A stretch of DNA of 64,000 bases from Octopus sinensis (taxonomy: Eukaryota), in NCBI RefSeq assembly GCF_006345805.1, contig NC_043020.1:14942001-15006000 (forward strand), in the 5' to 3' direction. The position numbers were made by a program, and so were the translations under genes. The notes below the pieces were generated by a model. It was given only the letters and a program-made list of their open reading frames with translations. It was not told the origin of the DNA and made no database searches. Position 1 is the first letter of the stretch; each line of letters opens with the position of its first letter. Of the stretch, positions 25,040-37,495 are shown piece by piece.

Positions 25040-26390
25040 TCACTCCTACTCCCCCTGTACCTTGAGGAGCCACCTAGACACCTCACCACCACTTGAACTG
25101 GAGCACTGCTGTTAGCTTTGCTACATTTTCACTACTTGAAACCTCCTCTGCAATGAGGGAGTTCAAGTCTGCTGCCCTCATCTGTGTTTTCTGCCATGAG
25201 GTAAACTCATCCGGAACTTTTGACAGGAAGAGATCCAGTTTTGTTTTGAAGACACCTGCATCCACACCATGCAAGTTTCTCAGGCTTTCTAGGAGGATAT
25301 TGAAAAGCTGTGGGTCCTTGAAACCCAAGCTTTTGCAGTATCTAGTCCTAGTTCTTGATGGCTATGTTGGAATCTTTGGCACTATATCTTTTCTGCCTTC
25401 ATTCTAGGAAGTAGTCTTAACTTTTTCAGCCTTTCCCAGTAGCTGACATGTTGCATTGAGATGATCTTTAGGTAGCTTCACTGGGTTGCTTCAAGTTCCA
25501 CTGTTAATTTTACACTGTGTGGTGACCATAGTTGGGAGTAGTAGTTTAAGCAGCTGAGGACATATGTCCTCCAGAGGGTCATGATTTCTTGTTCTTTCGT
25601 TTTGAAAGTTCTAAGGACATATCTGGCTAGCTGTCTGACTTTTATTGCCAACTTAGTACTTGTGTCTGTACTGATTTTGATTCAGGGATTACAATTCCGT
25701 CTGGGTCAGTGTATCCAAGCTACATTTCATTCAGCTTTGTTTGCTGGTAGTGCAGGGCTTGGAATTTTCTTGCATTAAACTGCATGTTGTTGTCTTCAGC
25801 TCACCTGTGTATTGCGTCCAACTCCTGTTTGTAGGTGTGCAATATCTCCACGGTTCAGTATCGTCTGCATAGCTAGCAATGATGGCCAGCTGAGGGGCAT
25901 GTGTGAGAGAGCCACTATGAATAGCAGTGGCTCTAAGACCACTTGCTGTTTGCATTTCCTTAAAGGTGGCTCCATTGGCTAGTACTGCCTGGCTTCTATC
26001 TTTTAAAAAGTCATGTAGTTACTGTCCAAGTTTTCCGACAATACCAAGATAATGCAGCTTGTACATATCATACCATGGTTGACTTTATCAAAGGCCTTTG
26101 TAAAGTCATGATACACAACTGATGCTTTTTATATCCAATTTTTCTTTTAAGACGCTTACTCTCTGTCATAGAAGCATAATGGCCTTGTTTCTTTCAAGCC
26201 TTTGCCTGTCCTCTGTCATCATAGCCCATGTTTTACTACCTTGTAGCATGGCTGTACGCACACAGGCATCATATGGTCTGCGTTTAACTCTGAGGGAGAG
26301 GTTCTTTGTTACAAGCAAAGGTAGTAGCTCCCTGAACTTTGCCCAGCCTGTTTTAGCAACTACACATTGTTTTCCTACTTACTAGGACTT
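25040..26390 (-). mobile_element. CR1/L2-group LINE, 5'-truncated RT remnant
   Basis: Minus-strand VYHDFTKAFDKVNHG, IIASYADDT and a C-terminal GFKDPQLFNIL...FKTKLDLFLSKVPDE. Confidence 0.8.
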
Positions 26391-26679
26391 TGGTCTTAGC
26401 TAAATTAACTCTTAGGCCCTTAGATTCCAGACCTTGCTTCCACACTTGAAATTTCCTTTTAGTTCATCACCTTATAGACTTACACTGCTCTCACCAACCA
26501 TCTATCCCTAGCTTTGTATACCTATGTATATACATATACCTGTGTGTTTGCATAAAGGTTAAAGTTGTAGTAGAGAAAAATTAACTGACATGGAGGACTG
26601 GAAACCATTTGAATATTAGAAAAGAGTTACCTCTATCATGGTTATTTGTGTCAAGTATCAAATTACCGGCATCATAACT

Positions 26680-27410
26680 ACTATTCAATGCTCTTTAAAC
26701 AGTGTGAAGACTGTATGATATGACATGGATATCTGCAACAGAGACTGCAAAGTTGTGCCCAGCTGGATGGGACACAGCAGGCATTCTGAATGCATTTGCA
26801 GGGCAAGGTGATGGAAGATCCAAGCAAGATAATCTGGGCTTTAGCAAGAAAGATGAGTGTTGGAGTAACCATCATGAAGCTGGTTCTGAACAAGGGCCTT
26901 CGCAACTACTTGTACAAGAGGTACAAGGGGCAAATTCTGATGGCCAAGAAGTGCTTGATAAAAGGCAAAGAAACTCTTGAATAAGCTGAGGTATGCCGTT
27001 GAGCCAGGGATGATCTGGTTCTTCTCTTATGAAGAGAACATTTGCCAGGACCAGTTGCACAACATCCAGAGCAACAAGCATGCCGACTATCCACGTGGTG
27101 TCCCACATATCATGGAAATTAAGCTCTCTCAAACTGTGATGGTGATGTTATGCTGCCCACATCTCCGAACTGGCTCGATTAAGCTCAATTCAGATGGTCA
27201 TGTGAAGCTTCTGGAGATTGTGGTCAAAACCTGGCTAGAGAGGATTGCTGCTGGAAGGCCATATGTGTGGCAGCAGGATTTGGCTCTTAGCTATACTTCT
27301 GGCAAGAGTCAGAACAGGTTGTTGGAGAATTCCTATGACTTCACCAGCCTCAATTTCTGGCCTCCTTGTTCTTTCGATTGTAATCCCTTGGATTACTATA
27401 TGGAGCATGC
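26680..27410 (+). mobile_element. DD37D (maT) Tc1/mariner-superfamily transposase remnant
   Basis: WFFSYEEN...YVWQQD-(37 aa)-D in NFWPPCSFDCNPLDY, with the spacing counted from the ORF. Upstream HTH region is frameshifted. Confidence 0.8.
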
Positions 27411-27819
27411 TTGAGATCAGTCTTCACAGTCCACATCTTCCTGGGTCTCTTTATTCCACAAGCTCCTTCCATGTCTAGCGATCAGCATTTCTTTATACAG
27501 TTGTCCTCATCTATCTGCATCACATGACCATGCTAGTGCTATTTTCTCTCTTGCACGCCACATCTGATGCAGCTTATGCTCAATTTTTGTCTCCATGCAT
27601 TTGTACTTTGTCGTACATGCTCAATGGCATTGCACATCCAGTAGATCATACTAGTTTCATTTCTTTCTGGTCTTCGCATATCCTCTGTTCACAGCCGAAG
27701 TTTAACAACCATATAGCATTGCTGGTCATACACAAGCATTGTACAATCTGCCTCTTGCTCTTGTCTATGTATATATAATTTTGTCTCTGTGTGTATATGT
27801 ATGTATGTACATGTGTATC

Positions 27820-27873
<54 letters not shown>

Positions 27874-27876
<3 letters not shown>

Positions 27877-28237
27877 TTGCGTCAGAAATTAATTAGCACT
27901 TCTCAAATTTCTACATTAAATAGGTTAAATCAATTAACCTTATGAGCTGTTCAAAACGTCTTACACGATGAGAAAACTTAGTATGGTGTGATTTCGGTCC
28001 TTGCGAGGCACTACCTATATCTATTAAACAAAGGAAGATTTGTCTGCATCCGCACTCCAAGTTGTTGCACTGCTATGTCAACATCATAAGGCTGTAGACT
28101 CAAACAAAGTTACGTCATCGTTCTGCGCAACAGTGAACTCGCAACAAAGCAATAGTTCGAGATATGGCCACTAGGTGACAGCACATACCTTGAGTGAAGA
28201 GCAAATCAAGGGTGCTAATTAATTTCTGACGGTAGTG
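27874..28237. mobile_element. Tc1-type MITE, 364 bp
   Basis: TIRs cacttgcgtcagaaattaattagcac / gtgctaattaatttctgacggtagtg, with TA on each side. Confidence 0.85.
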
Positions 28238-28434
28238 TATATATTTTATTAATGAGGGATTATCAGTCCAGGAAAAGGTACTTTATAAGCTCTCTGCTAG
28301 TACACCAGACTAACAGTATTGTATAGATTAGTAAAGAACCCAGCAGGGTTTGAGGTTACAGTTGATCAACATTCCATATTGTGAATCTGTGGTTGTGCTC
28401 CAGTTATACTGGTTTTCACACAGAGTAATGTGCA

Positions 28435-28797
28435 GAACAAGGCATAAATAATGGTTCTTACATATTTTTCTTTGTTGTAGTAAATATGACTTACAGCTAT
28501 TTCCAGTAGTCATTATAGGTTTGTTGTTGAGATTTACTCAGTTAGCCCATTGATCGGTTGAGAAAAGTTGAATGACCTAGAAAATGAATGTTACTCTTGT
28601 CAGTTATTTCTGGTTATAACCAGATATGACTGACAAAAGTAACATTAATTTTCTAGGTTGTTCAATTTTTCTCAACTGATCAGTGGGTCAATTGAGTAAA
28701 TCTGTCAATAACATACCAATGACTACTGAAAACAGCTGTAAGTCAAATTTACTACAATAAAGGAAAATATGTAATGACCATTATTTTTGCTTTGTTC
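28435..28797. repeat. Loopless imperfect palindrome of about 360 bp (foldback element)
   Basis: Centred on ggttataacc (28612-28621). The arms align for about 180 bp, mostly with transition mismatches. Confidence 0.9.
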
Positions 28798-28836
28798 AGT
28801 ATGTATCTACATGCTTGCTGTCCACTGTGAAAGCAT

Positions 28837-29049
28837 ACTCTTTTACTTGTTTCAGTCATTTGACTGCGGTCATGCTGGAGCGCCGCCTTTAATCGAGCAA
28901 CTCGACCCCAGGACTTATTCTTTTTGTAAGCCCAGTACTTATTCTATTGGTCTCTTTTGCCGAACCGCCAAGTAACGGGGACATAAACACACCAGCATCG
29001 GTTGTCAAGCAATGCTAGGGGGACAAACACAGACACACAAACACACACA

Positions 29050-29128
<79 letters not shown>

Positions 29129-29316
29129 GTATATATATACACACACATATATACGATGGGCTTCTTTCAGTTTCTGTCTACCAAATCCACTCACAAGACT
29201 TTGGTCGGTCCGAGACTATAGTAGAAGACACTTGCCCAAGGTGCCATGCAGTGGGACCGAACCTGGAACCATGGGGTTGGTAAACAAGCTACTTACCACA
29301 CAGCCACTCCTGCGCC
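28837..29316 (-). mobile_element. SINE family B, full length, young
   Basis: Head ggcgcaggagtggctgtgtgg through tail caagtaaaagagta on the minus strand. Confidence 0.92.
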
Positions 29317-29599
29317 TATGTCCAGGTTTCTTGACATATATCGTCTTAGTAAAGAAAAGCCCTTTTTGATGTCATTTGTTTCCATTTCTCTCCTTAAGTG
29401 GAACCAACAGACTTAGTAGTCCTAAGTTAATGTGTATTTTTGAATACAGAAAGTGAAATACCATGTTATATACTTCCAAGATACAATGATCCTTAGATTG
29501 TCTTATTAAAGGAACACTGAAGCCTATTGGTAATTGTACAATTTTTCGTTTATGAAAGAAGCGACTTCTTTAATTCATAAAGCTGTTGGTGGCTGCGGC

Positions 29600-30185
29600 T
29601 TTATCTTTTATCCGAGAATTTAGTTTCTTCTTTGCTGAACGCTTCTGTTATGGTAATGGAATTGATGACTAAGTAGACCAATTCTTGCATAGAGGAGTTG
29701 ATGGCATTGTCTGCAAGGAAATGGTGGAGAATAAAGTTGATTTTTTTGTTGAGCCTTTGACTCCTGTCATTTGATTTTTTTTTTTTTTTTTTCCTTTTCT
29801 CTTCAGGTGGTTTTGAAGTTTTTGCTTCTGATGGTGGTGGAACATTGTTACTTGGTATGGTCACAGGCTTGTGTTCAAACAATTTATGCTGAAGTCCAGT
29901 GACTTTCAGTGTTGTTTTGAGTTGGTCCTTGTATCTTCGAAGAGGGAAACCTTGTGGTTTTTTCCCCGAAGTGTTCTCACTGAATAAGACTTTGTGTGGG
30001 AACCTTGACTCTTCCATTCTTGTTACATGTCCTCACTATTGAAAACTGTGTTTCATGATCAGTGATTCGATGCTTTCATTGTTGGGTCTTTCCAGGAGTT
30101 TGTTAGTGACATAGTGTTCCCATTGGAATATTGATGCTGTAATTCTCTAGCAGAAATGAAAGCTCACCATGTCCCATCTGTCTCC
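29600..30185 (-). mobile_element. RTE (BovB-like) LINE 3' remnant
   Basis: GHVTRMEESRFPHKVLFSENTSGKKPQGFPLRRYKDQLKTTLK matches the RTE C-terminal GHV.RM...R.PK..L.GEL..G.R..G....RYKD motif. Confidence 0.75.
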
Positions 30186-30363
30186 TCCCCTACTTTTTTA
30201 TTCACAGAATTTCGCTGCTCTTATGTTACACAAATATAGTAAATTATTGAATAAAAATTACAATTCTAATTCTTCATTAATTTTGTAATGAATATTGTTT
30301 TACTAAATCAATGTATTTATTAAAAGTGGCAGTTGTCTTAAGTTGATAGGATTTTATTCTGTC

Positions 30364-30758
30364 ACTAGCAGTATCGCCTGGCATTGCTTGGGTTTGTTTT
30401 GACCCTTTAGAATTGGAATTTTTGAAAAGTAAAAATTTTGCATTATGTTGCTTGTTATTCTCTTTAAGTGAATATTTTTCTGGTTGAAATACACCATAAA
30501 ATGGCGTCACAGCAGTCCAAAAATCGTAAAAAATAGGGATTTTCATAGAAAAAAAGCACCTTTTTGATGTAAATAATTTTCGGTGTTAACATGGTCCAAT
30601 TTGAATTTTTTCTTCTACGGAAGGAAGAGCAAGCCTTCTTCTATCATACTCTCAATTTTGGTCAACTTGTGCTGCATAGACTCGGAGGAGATAGTGTTAG
30701 TTGAAGGCTACCAAACCTGCCATACACAGACAACTTCAGCTTTATATATATAGAGAGA
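30364..30758 (+). mobile_element. Non-autonomous Helitron-like (Lep1/DINE-like) element
   Basis: Starts actagcagtatcgcctggcattgct and ends acagacaacttcagctttatatatatagagagat. No TIRs or long TSD. Confidence 0.5.
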
Positions 30759-31858
30759 TTGGTGTTAAGTACTATTTTTTTTTATTCTGAACTCTCGACA
30801 CATTTTGAAAATAAGGATGTCAGTTTTAAATTTTGGCTCAAGGCCAGCAATTTTGAGGGAGGGGCTAAGGTACGATTTCATGTTAGTATTATAGCTTCAG
30901 TTATAAGAACATGTTCCGTTAATAGTTGATGGAATAGGGTTACAAGTTGAAAATATGTATTGATAAGCTCTGGTAACTCTCATAGCAAGTACTGTAAGCT
31001 AAGCAAAACCTATCCTATGTTTTAGTGGATAGTTTGTTCCTTGTTTTTTTTTTTATTATTACTATTACTCACACACTTTCAATTTTCACTACATGATATA
31101 CCTATTAGTTGACATTGCAGGATAGGCTTTGTTTCATTGATTTTCATTATTTAGCTATTCATTCAGTCTTTTCTTTACACATTCCACAGAATGCCTTTCA
31201 ATTATGTTGATGTTGAGATGTTATTTTATTTCAAACCTTCTGAACCTTATTGCATTGGATTAACAATACCCCTGATATGGTTTCTACACTTTGGCATTTG
31301 TTTGAATATCTTTTGTAGTGACCTCACCTTAGTTTAGTTTTCAAGTTATATTGTTCATCTAGTCTACAGTACTGGCAGTTTCCTTTCTTTCTTCAAATTA
31401 CTGAGGTGTCAATGTCACATTTTTTAAGCCTGGTATTTTTTTTATTGCAATAGCTTTTGTTTAGGAAATTCTTGATAATACTACTTAAAAAATACATTTT
31501 GAAGACTTATTTATTCTTTGTTTACATTTTTTAAGACTAATTATTAGTATAGATAGAAACAAATTTTTAGGAGGTTTAACATAATTTTTTTTCGTTGACT
31601 CTGTGAAAATGAGTTCGTTTTAAAAAGTATGTTGATTGCTTATAAGATATTTATCGTGCTGTCCTTAGTGAACGTCATGTCTTTTGGATTAACACCCTTT
31701 TACCACATGGTCTTTTTATAAAAGAATTAGATCTCCATAATTGTCTCTACTTTAAATTTAAGGTCTTAAAATTCCACCCCTTTAAAGGTAGTCTATTACA
31801 AACTTTTTTCTTTTTTCCCCTGCTTTCACAGATTCCCATGACTCTGTCGCCATCCAGT

Positions 31859-32120
31859 TTCATCATCATCATCATCGTTTAACGTTTGCTTTCCATGCTA
31901 GCACGGGTTGGACGGTTCAACTGGGGTCTGGGAAGCCCGAAGGCTGCACCAGGCCTGTCAGATCTGGCAGTGTTTCTACAGCTGGATGCCCTTCCTAACG
32001 CCAACCACTCCGTGAGTGTAGTGGGTGCTTTTTATGTGCCACCGACACAGGTGCCAGACGAGGCTGGCGAATGGCCACGCTCGGATGGTGTTTTTTATGT
32101 GCCACCGACACAGGTGCCAG
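31859..32120 (-). mobile_element. Family D repeat, young copy
   Basis: (CAT)n tail and a duplicated tttttatgtgccaccgacacaggtgccaga module. Confidence 0.8.
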
Positions 32121-33006
32121 AATTATGAATTTGAAGAATTGGTAGTTTGAGTCATAGTGAATCTTTCATTAGCTGATTACACAACCTTGGACATCACACA
32201 TATGGATGCATTGCAGTTACTCTCTTGATGGAACTTGGCAATCCTGACTGTTGATCTAGGATTCCTTTGCTCAGCATCAATGTATGAAGCACCATTGGCA
32301 TGGTTGAGCTCTTCTGCTACCTCTTTACAATTTGCCTTGCTGCAATCCTGTGACTTTGCCTATTACTTGGCATGGTGGCTGAATGGGTGATGTGCCTTGC
32401 CAGAGGGCAACCTGTAACTATGCAGAGCACAGTTGTCACTCCTTTAGGTATTTTCAAAATACCTGTATTACAAGCAGTTATTACAAATAATTACATTAAA
32501 AAGAATTAATATGAATGGAACCCAAGTGAATATGTCATTGTTTGTATGATAATTCCCAGAAAACTCTTCTATTATTGAGTTTAGCACTTCCGTCTTTTGT
32601 GAGGAATTTTCTCATAATTCTCTTTAGAATACTTATTTTTGAATGAAATTATGCAGAAATAAATTTTCACTGGTATATATATGTATGGTATATTGATAAT
32701 TTTTTTTTAAACGCAAAACTTATTTAGTGGATGAAATATTTTAGACAGATTTATGAGAAAACAAAGTCAGGAATGGGGAAGGATAAGCTAAAACTCTACC
32801 CCTCCACACCCATTTTTAAAATTTTATCAACATTATTGTAATCTATGTGCTTGAAAATGTATTTCTAAAAGTCCATAAAAACAATATGCATTTCTCAGAA
32901 AGAGTAGTAGTAGGATGGGCCATGCATGTGTGCACACACGCACACACACACACACACAATTAATAAACTTTTACGTTTGTTTAAGGTATTTTTTTCTAAA
33001 ACAGCT

Positions 33007-33182
33007 GGCAGGAGTGGCTGTGTGGTAAGTAGCTTGTTTACCAACCACATGGTTCCGGGTTCAGTCCCACTGCGTGGCACCTTGGGCAAGTGTCTTCTAC
33101 TATAGCCTCGGGCCGACCAATGCCTTGTGAGTGGATTTGGTAGACGGAAACTGAAAGAAGCCCGTCATATATATGTATATAT

Positions 33183-33232
<50 letters not shown>

Positions 33233-33430
33233 GTGTCTGTGTTTGTCCCCCTAGCATTGCTTGACAACCGATGCTGGTGTGTTTATGTCCCCGTTACTTA
33301 GCGGTTCGGCAAAAGAGACCGATAGAATAAGTACTGGGTTTACAAAAAGAATAAGTCCCGGGGTCAATTTGCTTGACTAAAGGCGGTGCTCCAGCATGGC
33401 CGCAGTCAAATGACTGAAACAAGTAAAAGG
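33007..33430 (+). mobile_element. SINE family B, full length, young
   Basis: A and B boxes, body, microsatellite and tail are all intact. Inverted relative to the 28837 copy. Confidence 0.92.
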
Positions 33431-34079
33431 AGAGAAAAGAAAGATATAACCTATATGTAGTGATGGCTCAGTGGTTAAGAAATTCACTTTGCAACCATGT
33501 AGTCTTAGGTTCAGTTCCAGTAAGTGGCTAATTGGGCAAGTGTCTTTACGGTTGCCTTGGCCTGTGAGAGAAATTGGTTGACTAAAATTACATAGAAGCC
33601 CATCATTGTATATGTGTGATGAAGCTGTGCTGCACGTGGGGATTGTTTGAATGTAAAAATATTGGTCACATTCCTGGTAAACATTACATCTGTAGTTTTG
33701 CACTCTCTCCCAGTAGTGAAATAACCACCCCCCTTGTAAAAATAGGAAAGTGATAGGGAAGTGCACCTGACTGTAAAAATAATGCCTCAAATGAGTCCAT
33801 GGACAGTTAAACAGTTGTACTCAGTATTCAACGAAGGAAAAAACAGAGAGAGAGAGTAGTGAGATTGGGAAATGCTGCTAACTGTATTATAATCCATATG
33901 TGCTGTGGTAATGAGAGATTTCTGTTCTTGGAGAAATCAAGAAATTCTGTTTGTTGGAAATGTTTCATATTTGGGACAAAATCTATAAAATTTTGCTGAT
34001 ATCTTTTCTAGTGAACTCTGTCTCTCAAAAACAATGATCTCCTGTATGTTGCAGCCTTTACAGCCTCCTTCTCCATATA

Positions 34080-34700
34080 CAGGCTGTTTGGGTTAAATTT
34101 GAAAGTTTGCTTAAATGGAAAAGAAAACAACATCCCATCCAAAATAAAAGTACTTTTAAAAAACTCAAATATCAATTAGATTATGGCTGAGAGAGATGTT
34201 TGCTCAAAGTAGAAGCCCTCAGCTTCCACCACGGCTTCAAGATAGCCCTGGAATCTGTCACATGCAGTCCTCATTATGTCCCTGGGAAGATCAAGCACCT
34301 CCTTGGTCTTGGCCACCAGATCAGCCTTGGTATTGCAGGCAGAGCGGTTGGTATCTTTCGCGACCACACCCTGCATTGTAATCCATGGAATTACTATTGG
34401 AAGAATCCAGAAGCTGGAAATTAGGGCTGGTGAAGCTGTAGAAAGTCTCTGACAACAATTTGACTCTTTCTGGAGGTATGGCAAGGAGTTGAATTCTGCT
34501 GCTACATATATGGCTTTCCAGCAGAAACTCTTTCCAGCCAGGGTTTGACTGCGGTTTCTAATAGCCTCACATGTCATCTAAACTGAGCCTAAGACCCTGT
34601 CCAAAGATGCGGGGCTGCATGGCATTACTGTTGCTGGAGATGCACACAAACACCATCATAGTTTGCGAGAACTTGGTTTTCATGACACCCATGTTACATC
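34080..34700 (-). mobile_element. maT-family transposon 3' half with terminal repeat
   Basis: Minus-strand VMKTKFSQTMMVFVCISS...DTNRSACNTKADLVAK...FQGYLEAVVEAEGFYFE. The end reads TA-caggctgtttgggttaaatttg. Confidence 0.75.
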
Positions 34701-34807
34701 TTACAGCCTTTACAGTGTTCAGAGGGCAGTGAGTAGTAATGATGTCAGCATTTCAATACCAGGCACAAATCGTCATGATACAGGCAACTCTTTTCCGGTA
34801 TTCAGAA

Positions 34808-35038
34808 GGCGGCGAGCTGGCAGAATCGTTAGCACGTCGGATGAAATGCTTAACGGTATTTCGCCTGCCATTATGTTCTGAGTTCAAATTCCGCCGAGGT
34901 CGACTTTGCCTTTCATCCTTTCGGGGTCGATAAATTAAGTACCAGTTACGCACTGGGGTCGATGTAATCGACTTAATACCTATGTCTGTCCTTGTTTGTT
35001 CCCTCTATGTTTAGCCCCTTGTGGGTAATAAAGAAATA
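34808..35038 (+). mobile_element. SINE family A, young full-length copy
   Basis: ggcggcgagctggcagaatcg, B box gagttcaaattcc, cctttcggggtcgataaattaagtaccag and tail aataaagaaat. CpGs are retained. Confidence 0.92.
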
Positions 35039-35445
35039 GGTATTCAGATGGTTTCCAGTCTGCCAACTTTTTTCTCAACTACAACTTCAATCTTTATACT
35101 CTGCAATACCATTGACTGTTCACCAACACAAACTGGTTCTGAAAAGAAAAAAAAGACAAATTGAACACCCTATATCTAAGACTACAGTAACCAATGTTTT
35201 TTCCTTTATGATAGTTAAAAATGTGGAATCCTTAATTGTTATTGAAATTGCACTGTCTCATGGTCTTTTCATTTTTTATGACAGAAGCATAGTTAATAAT
35301 TGGACTAAAAATGAGTATTTTAATTCTTACCTTGTTTTCTAAAGGGTATTGTTTTACTAAAATGCTCTGTTATTGCAGCAGACTTAGTTAATAGGGTCTC
35401 TGCTGTTACCAGTGCTCGACCATATTGTCTTGTTGACAATCTTTC

Positions 35446-35595
35446 ATCATCATCATCATCATCATCTAACGTCCGTTCTCCATGCTAGCATGGGTTGGAC
35501 GGTTCGACCGGGGATCTGGGAAGCCAGAAGGCTGCACCAGACTCCAGTCTTATCTGGCAATGTTTCTACAGCTGGATGCCCTTCCTAACGCCAAA
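35446..35595 (-). mobile_element. Family D repeat, short young copy
   Basis: (CAT)n tail to gatgcccttcctaacgccaa. Confidence 0.8.
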
Positions 35596-35892
35596 TCTTT
35601 ATCATCACTATAATGAATGTTTAATGTCTTAGAAATTTAGGATGTAGGTACCCTGTGAAGTGACTTCTGGATTTGTTTGTACTCTGTTGAAGGATTAAAT
35701 AAGTACTTCTGCATTGAAATTGGGGGCTGGGAGTAGTGGTTGATAAAAGGGGCATTGAAAGTTCTTTTAGGTTTTGGTGAAAGGAATATAAAGATTTTGA
35801 TTTCATACAGACTTCAGATTGTATTTTTAATTGAGGCTTATATATATGTATATATGTATATATATATATATATATATATTGGTGGTGGTGAT

Positions 35893-36040
35893 GTTTAGCT
35901 CATGTCAACTTTGAAAGGCATTCCAGCTATGATCATCCCATGTTTTTAAGGATATCTTGGACATCATCTAATGTATTCTTTAAGACTGAATGGTGTGATT
36001 TGGGAAAATTTAGCTGCTATTTCTAACAGGTTGAGCAACC
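35893..36040 (+). repeat. Unclassified dispersed repeat (family E)
   Basis: tttagc...ccagctatgatcatccc...ggtgtgatttgggaaaatttagctgctatt. Similar pieces at about 11646 (-), 12130, 14838 and 60585. Confidence 0.5.
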
Positions 36041-36423
36041 CTGTGGGTTTTGAAAAGGGGGCACATTTGATTTGGAAGCTAAGTAACTGCCATGGAAATG
36101 TAAGGACCTGTCTCTAAAATGGTTTTATTTGGTTGTAAATAAACCCAGTCATGACCTAGTAGTGGTGGGCATGTAGTAGTAGTAGTGAGGAGTAGTAGAT
36201 CTGTAACGTGTCAGAAAGTGGATAAGCTCCATGTCCAGTGTAATTGGGTGAAATGGAAGGGAAGATGGGAACTTTCTTCATAAATTGAATGTTTTGTATA
36301 TTTGACCTTTGCTTTTTTTTTTCTTTTTTTTTTTCTTCAATGTCAGTTAAGTTTTATATGAATATATTTACTTATTTTACAGGTATTTAAATTAGGGGAT
36401 GAACCTAAACCGGTTGTCTGCCT

Positions 36424-36542
36424 ATGGCCGACCAATCTGAAAGTTATCTTGGGGGGTCTCGCAGACGATCACATCGGCAACAAGGGGGAGACAGAGAAAG
36501 TTGCACTAATACTCCTGACAACACATTGAATAAGAATAGAAG
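36424..36542 (+). CDS. TRIP12: TRIP12 first coding exon (MADQSESYLGGSRRRSHRQQGG...NKNR); exon begins at 36383
   Basis: Acceptor cttattttacAG at 36381-82, ATG at 36424, donor AAG|GTAATA after 36542 in phase 2. It resembles the vertebrate start MSNRPNNNPGGSLRRSQR and is in frame with the 49431 exon. It is too short for the supplied ORF track. Confidence 0.8.
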
Positions 36543-37126
36543 GTAATATATCTTTTTTCCTTTTTTCCTTGAACATAATTATTCATAGCTGAATACAGTG
36601 ACCATTTTTGTTCTATTAAATTTACAGCCTGTATGCTAATGTCTTCATTAATTAATATTTTTGATTGAATTTTGTATATATTACTGTTTTTACTATGGTT
36701 AAAGTTTTAAATTCAAAACTTAGTTCAAAGATTAATCAATTGGGACTGCCCATTAACACAGAATATCATCATGTTTCTTTAACTTGAACTTATTGCAGTT
36801 CAGTTTCAGAATTTTTATAATTTGAAAATTTTTTGGCATACAAAGCTCTATAAAATGCGGAATATAATTTTGTGCAAATATTTAAAATTTGATTTAAAAT
36901 TGATACATGCTAGAAAATGAAGACTATCCACATATATTCAAATGTGAAATAGAAGCAGTGCTAGTTTAATAAACATTATCAACCACATATATGTAGCATA
37001 TGTACATTATGTATTTGCCTGTAGGCTGCAATTTGGTATGGTGGAGAATACACCCAGTACTCTAAAAGAGTAGTCACCACACCAGTTTGCAACCTACCGG
37101 CAAATACACATAATGTATATGTCGAG

Positions 37127-37495
37127 TATGTGTGGCTCTGTGATATGATGCTTGTTTTCCAACCAAATGGTTTTGGGTTCAGTTCTACTGCCTGGCACCA
37201 TGGGCAAGTGTTTTCTATAGCCTCAGGCCGACCAAAGCCTTGTGCGTGGATTTGGTGGATGGAAACTGAAAGAAGGTCATCATATATATCTATGTTTGTG
37301 TGTGTCTGTGTTTGTCCAGTACCATTGCTTGACAACTGGTGTTGGTGTGTTTACATCCCTGTAACTTACCAGTTTGGCAAAAGGGACTGGTAAAGTACTT
37401 GGCTTAAAAAAAAAGTCTTGGGGCCAAATTGTTTGTCTAAAACCCTTCAAGGTGGTGCCCCAGCAAGGCCACAGTCAAATGTCTGAAACAAGATA
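37127..37495 (+). mobile_element. SINE family B, diverged copy
   Basis: Colinear with the 33007 copy. Confidence 0.8.

Noticed and set aside
34808-34900. SINE heads as tRNA genes
   Set aside because: A/B boxes are present but there is no complete cloverleaf, and they run straight into SINE bodies.
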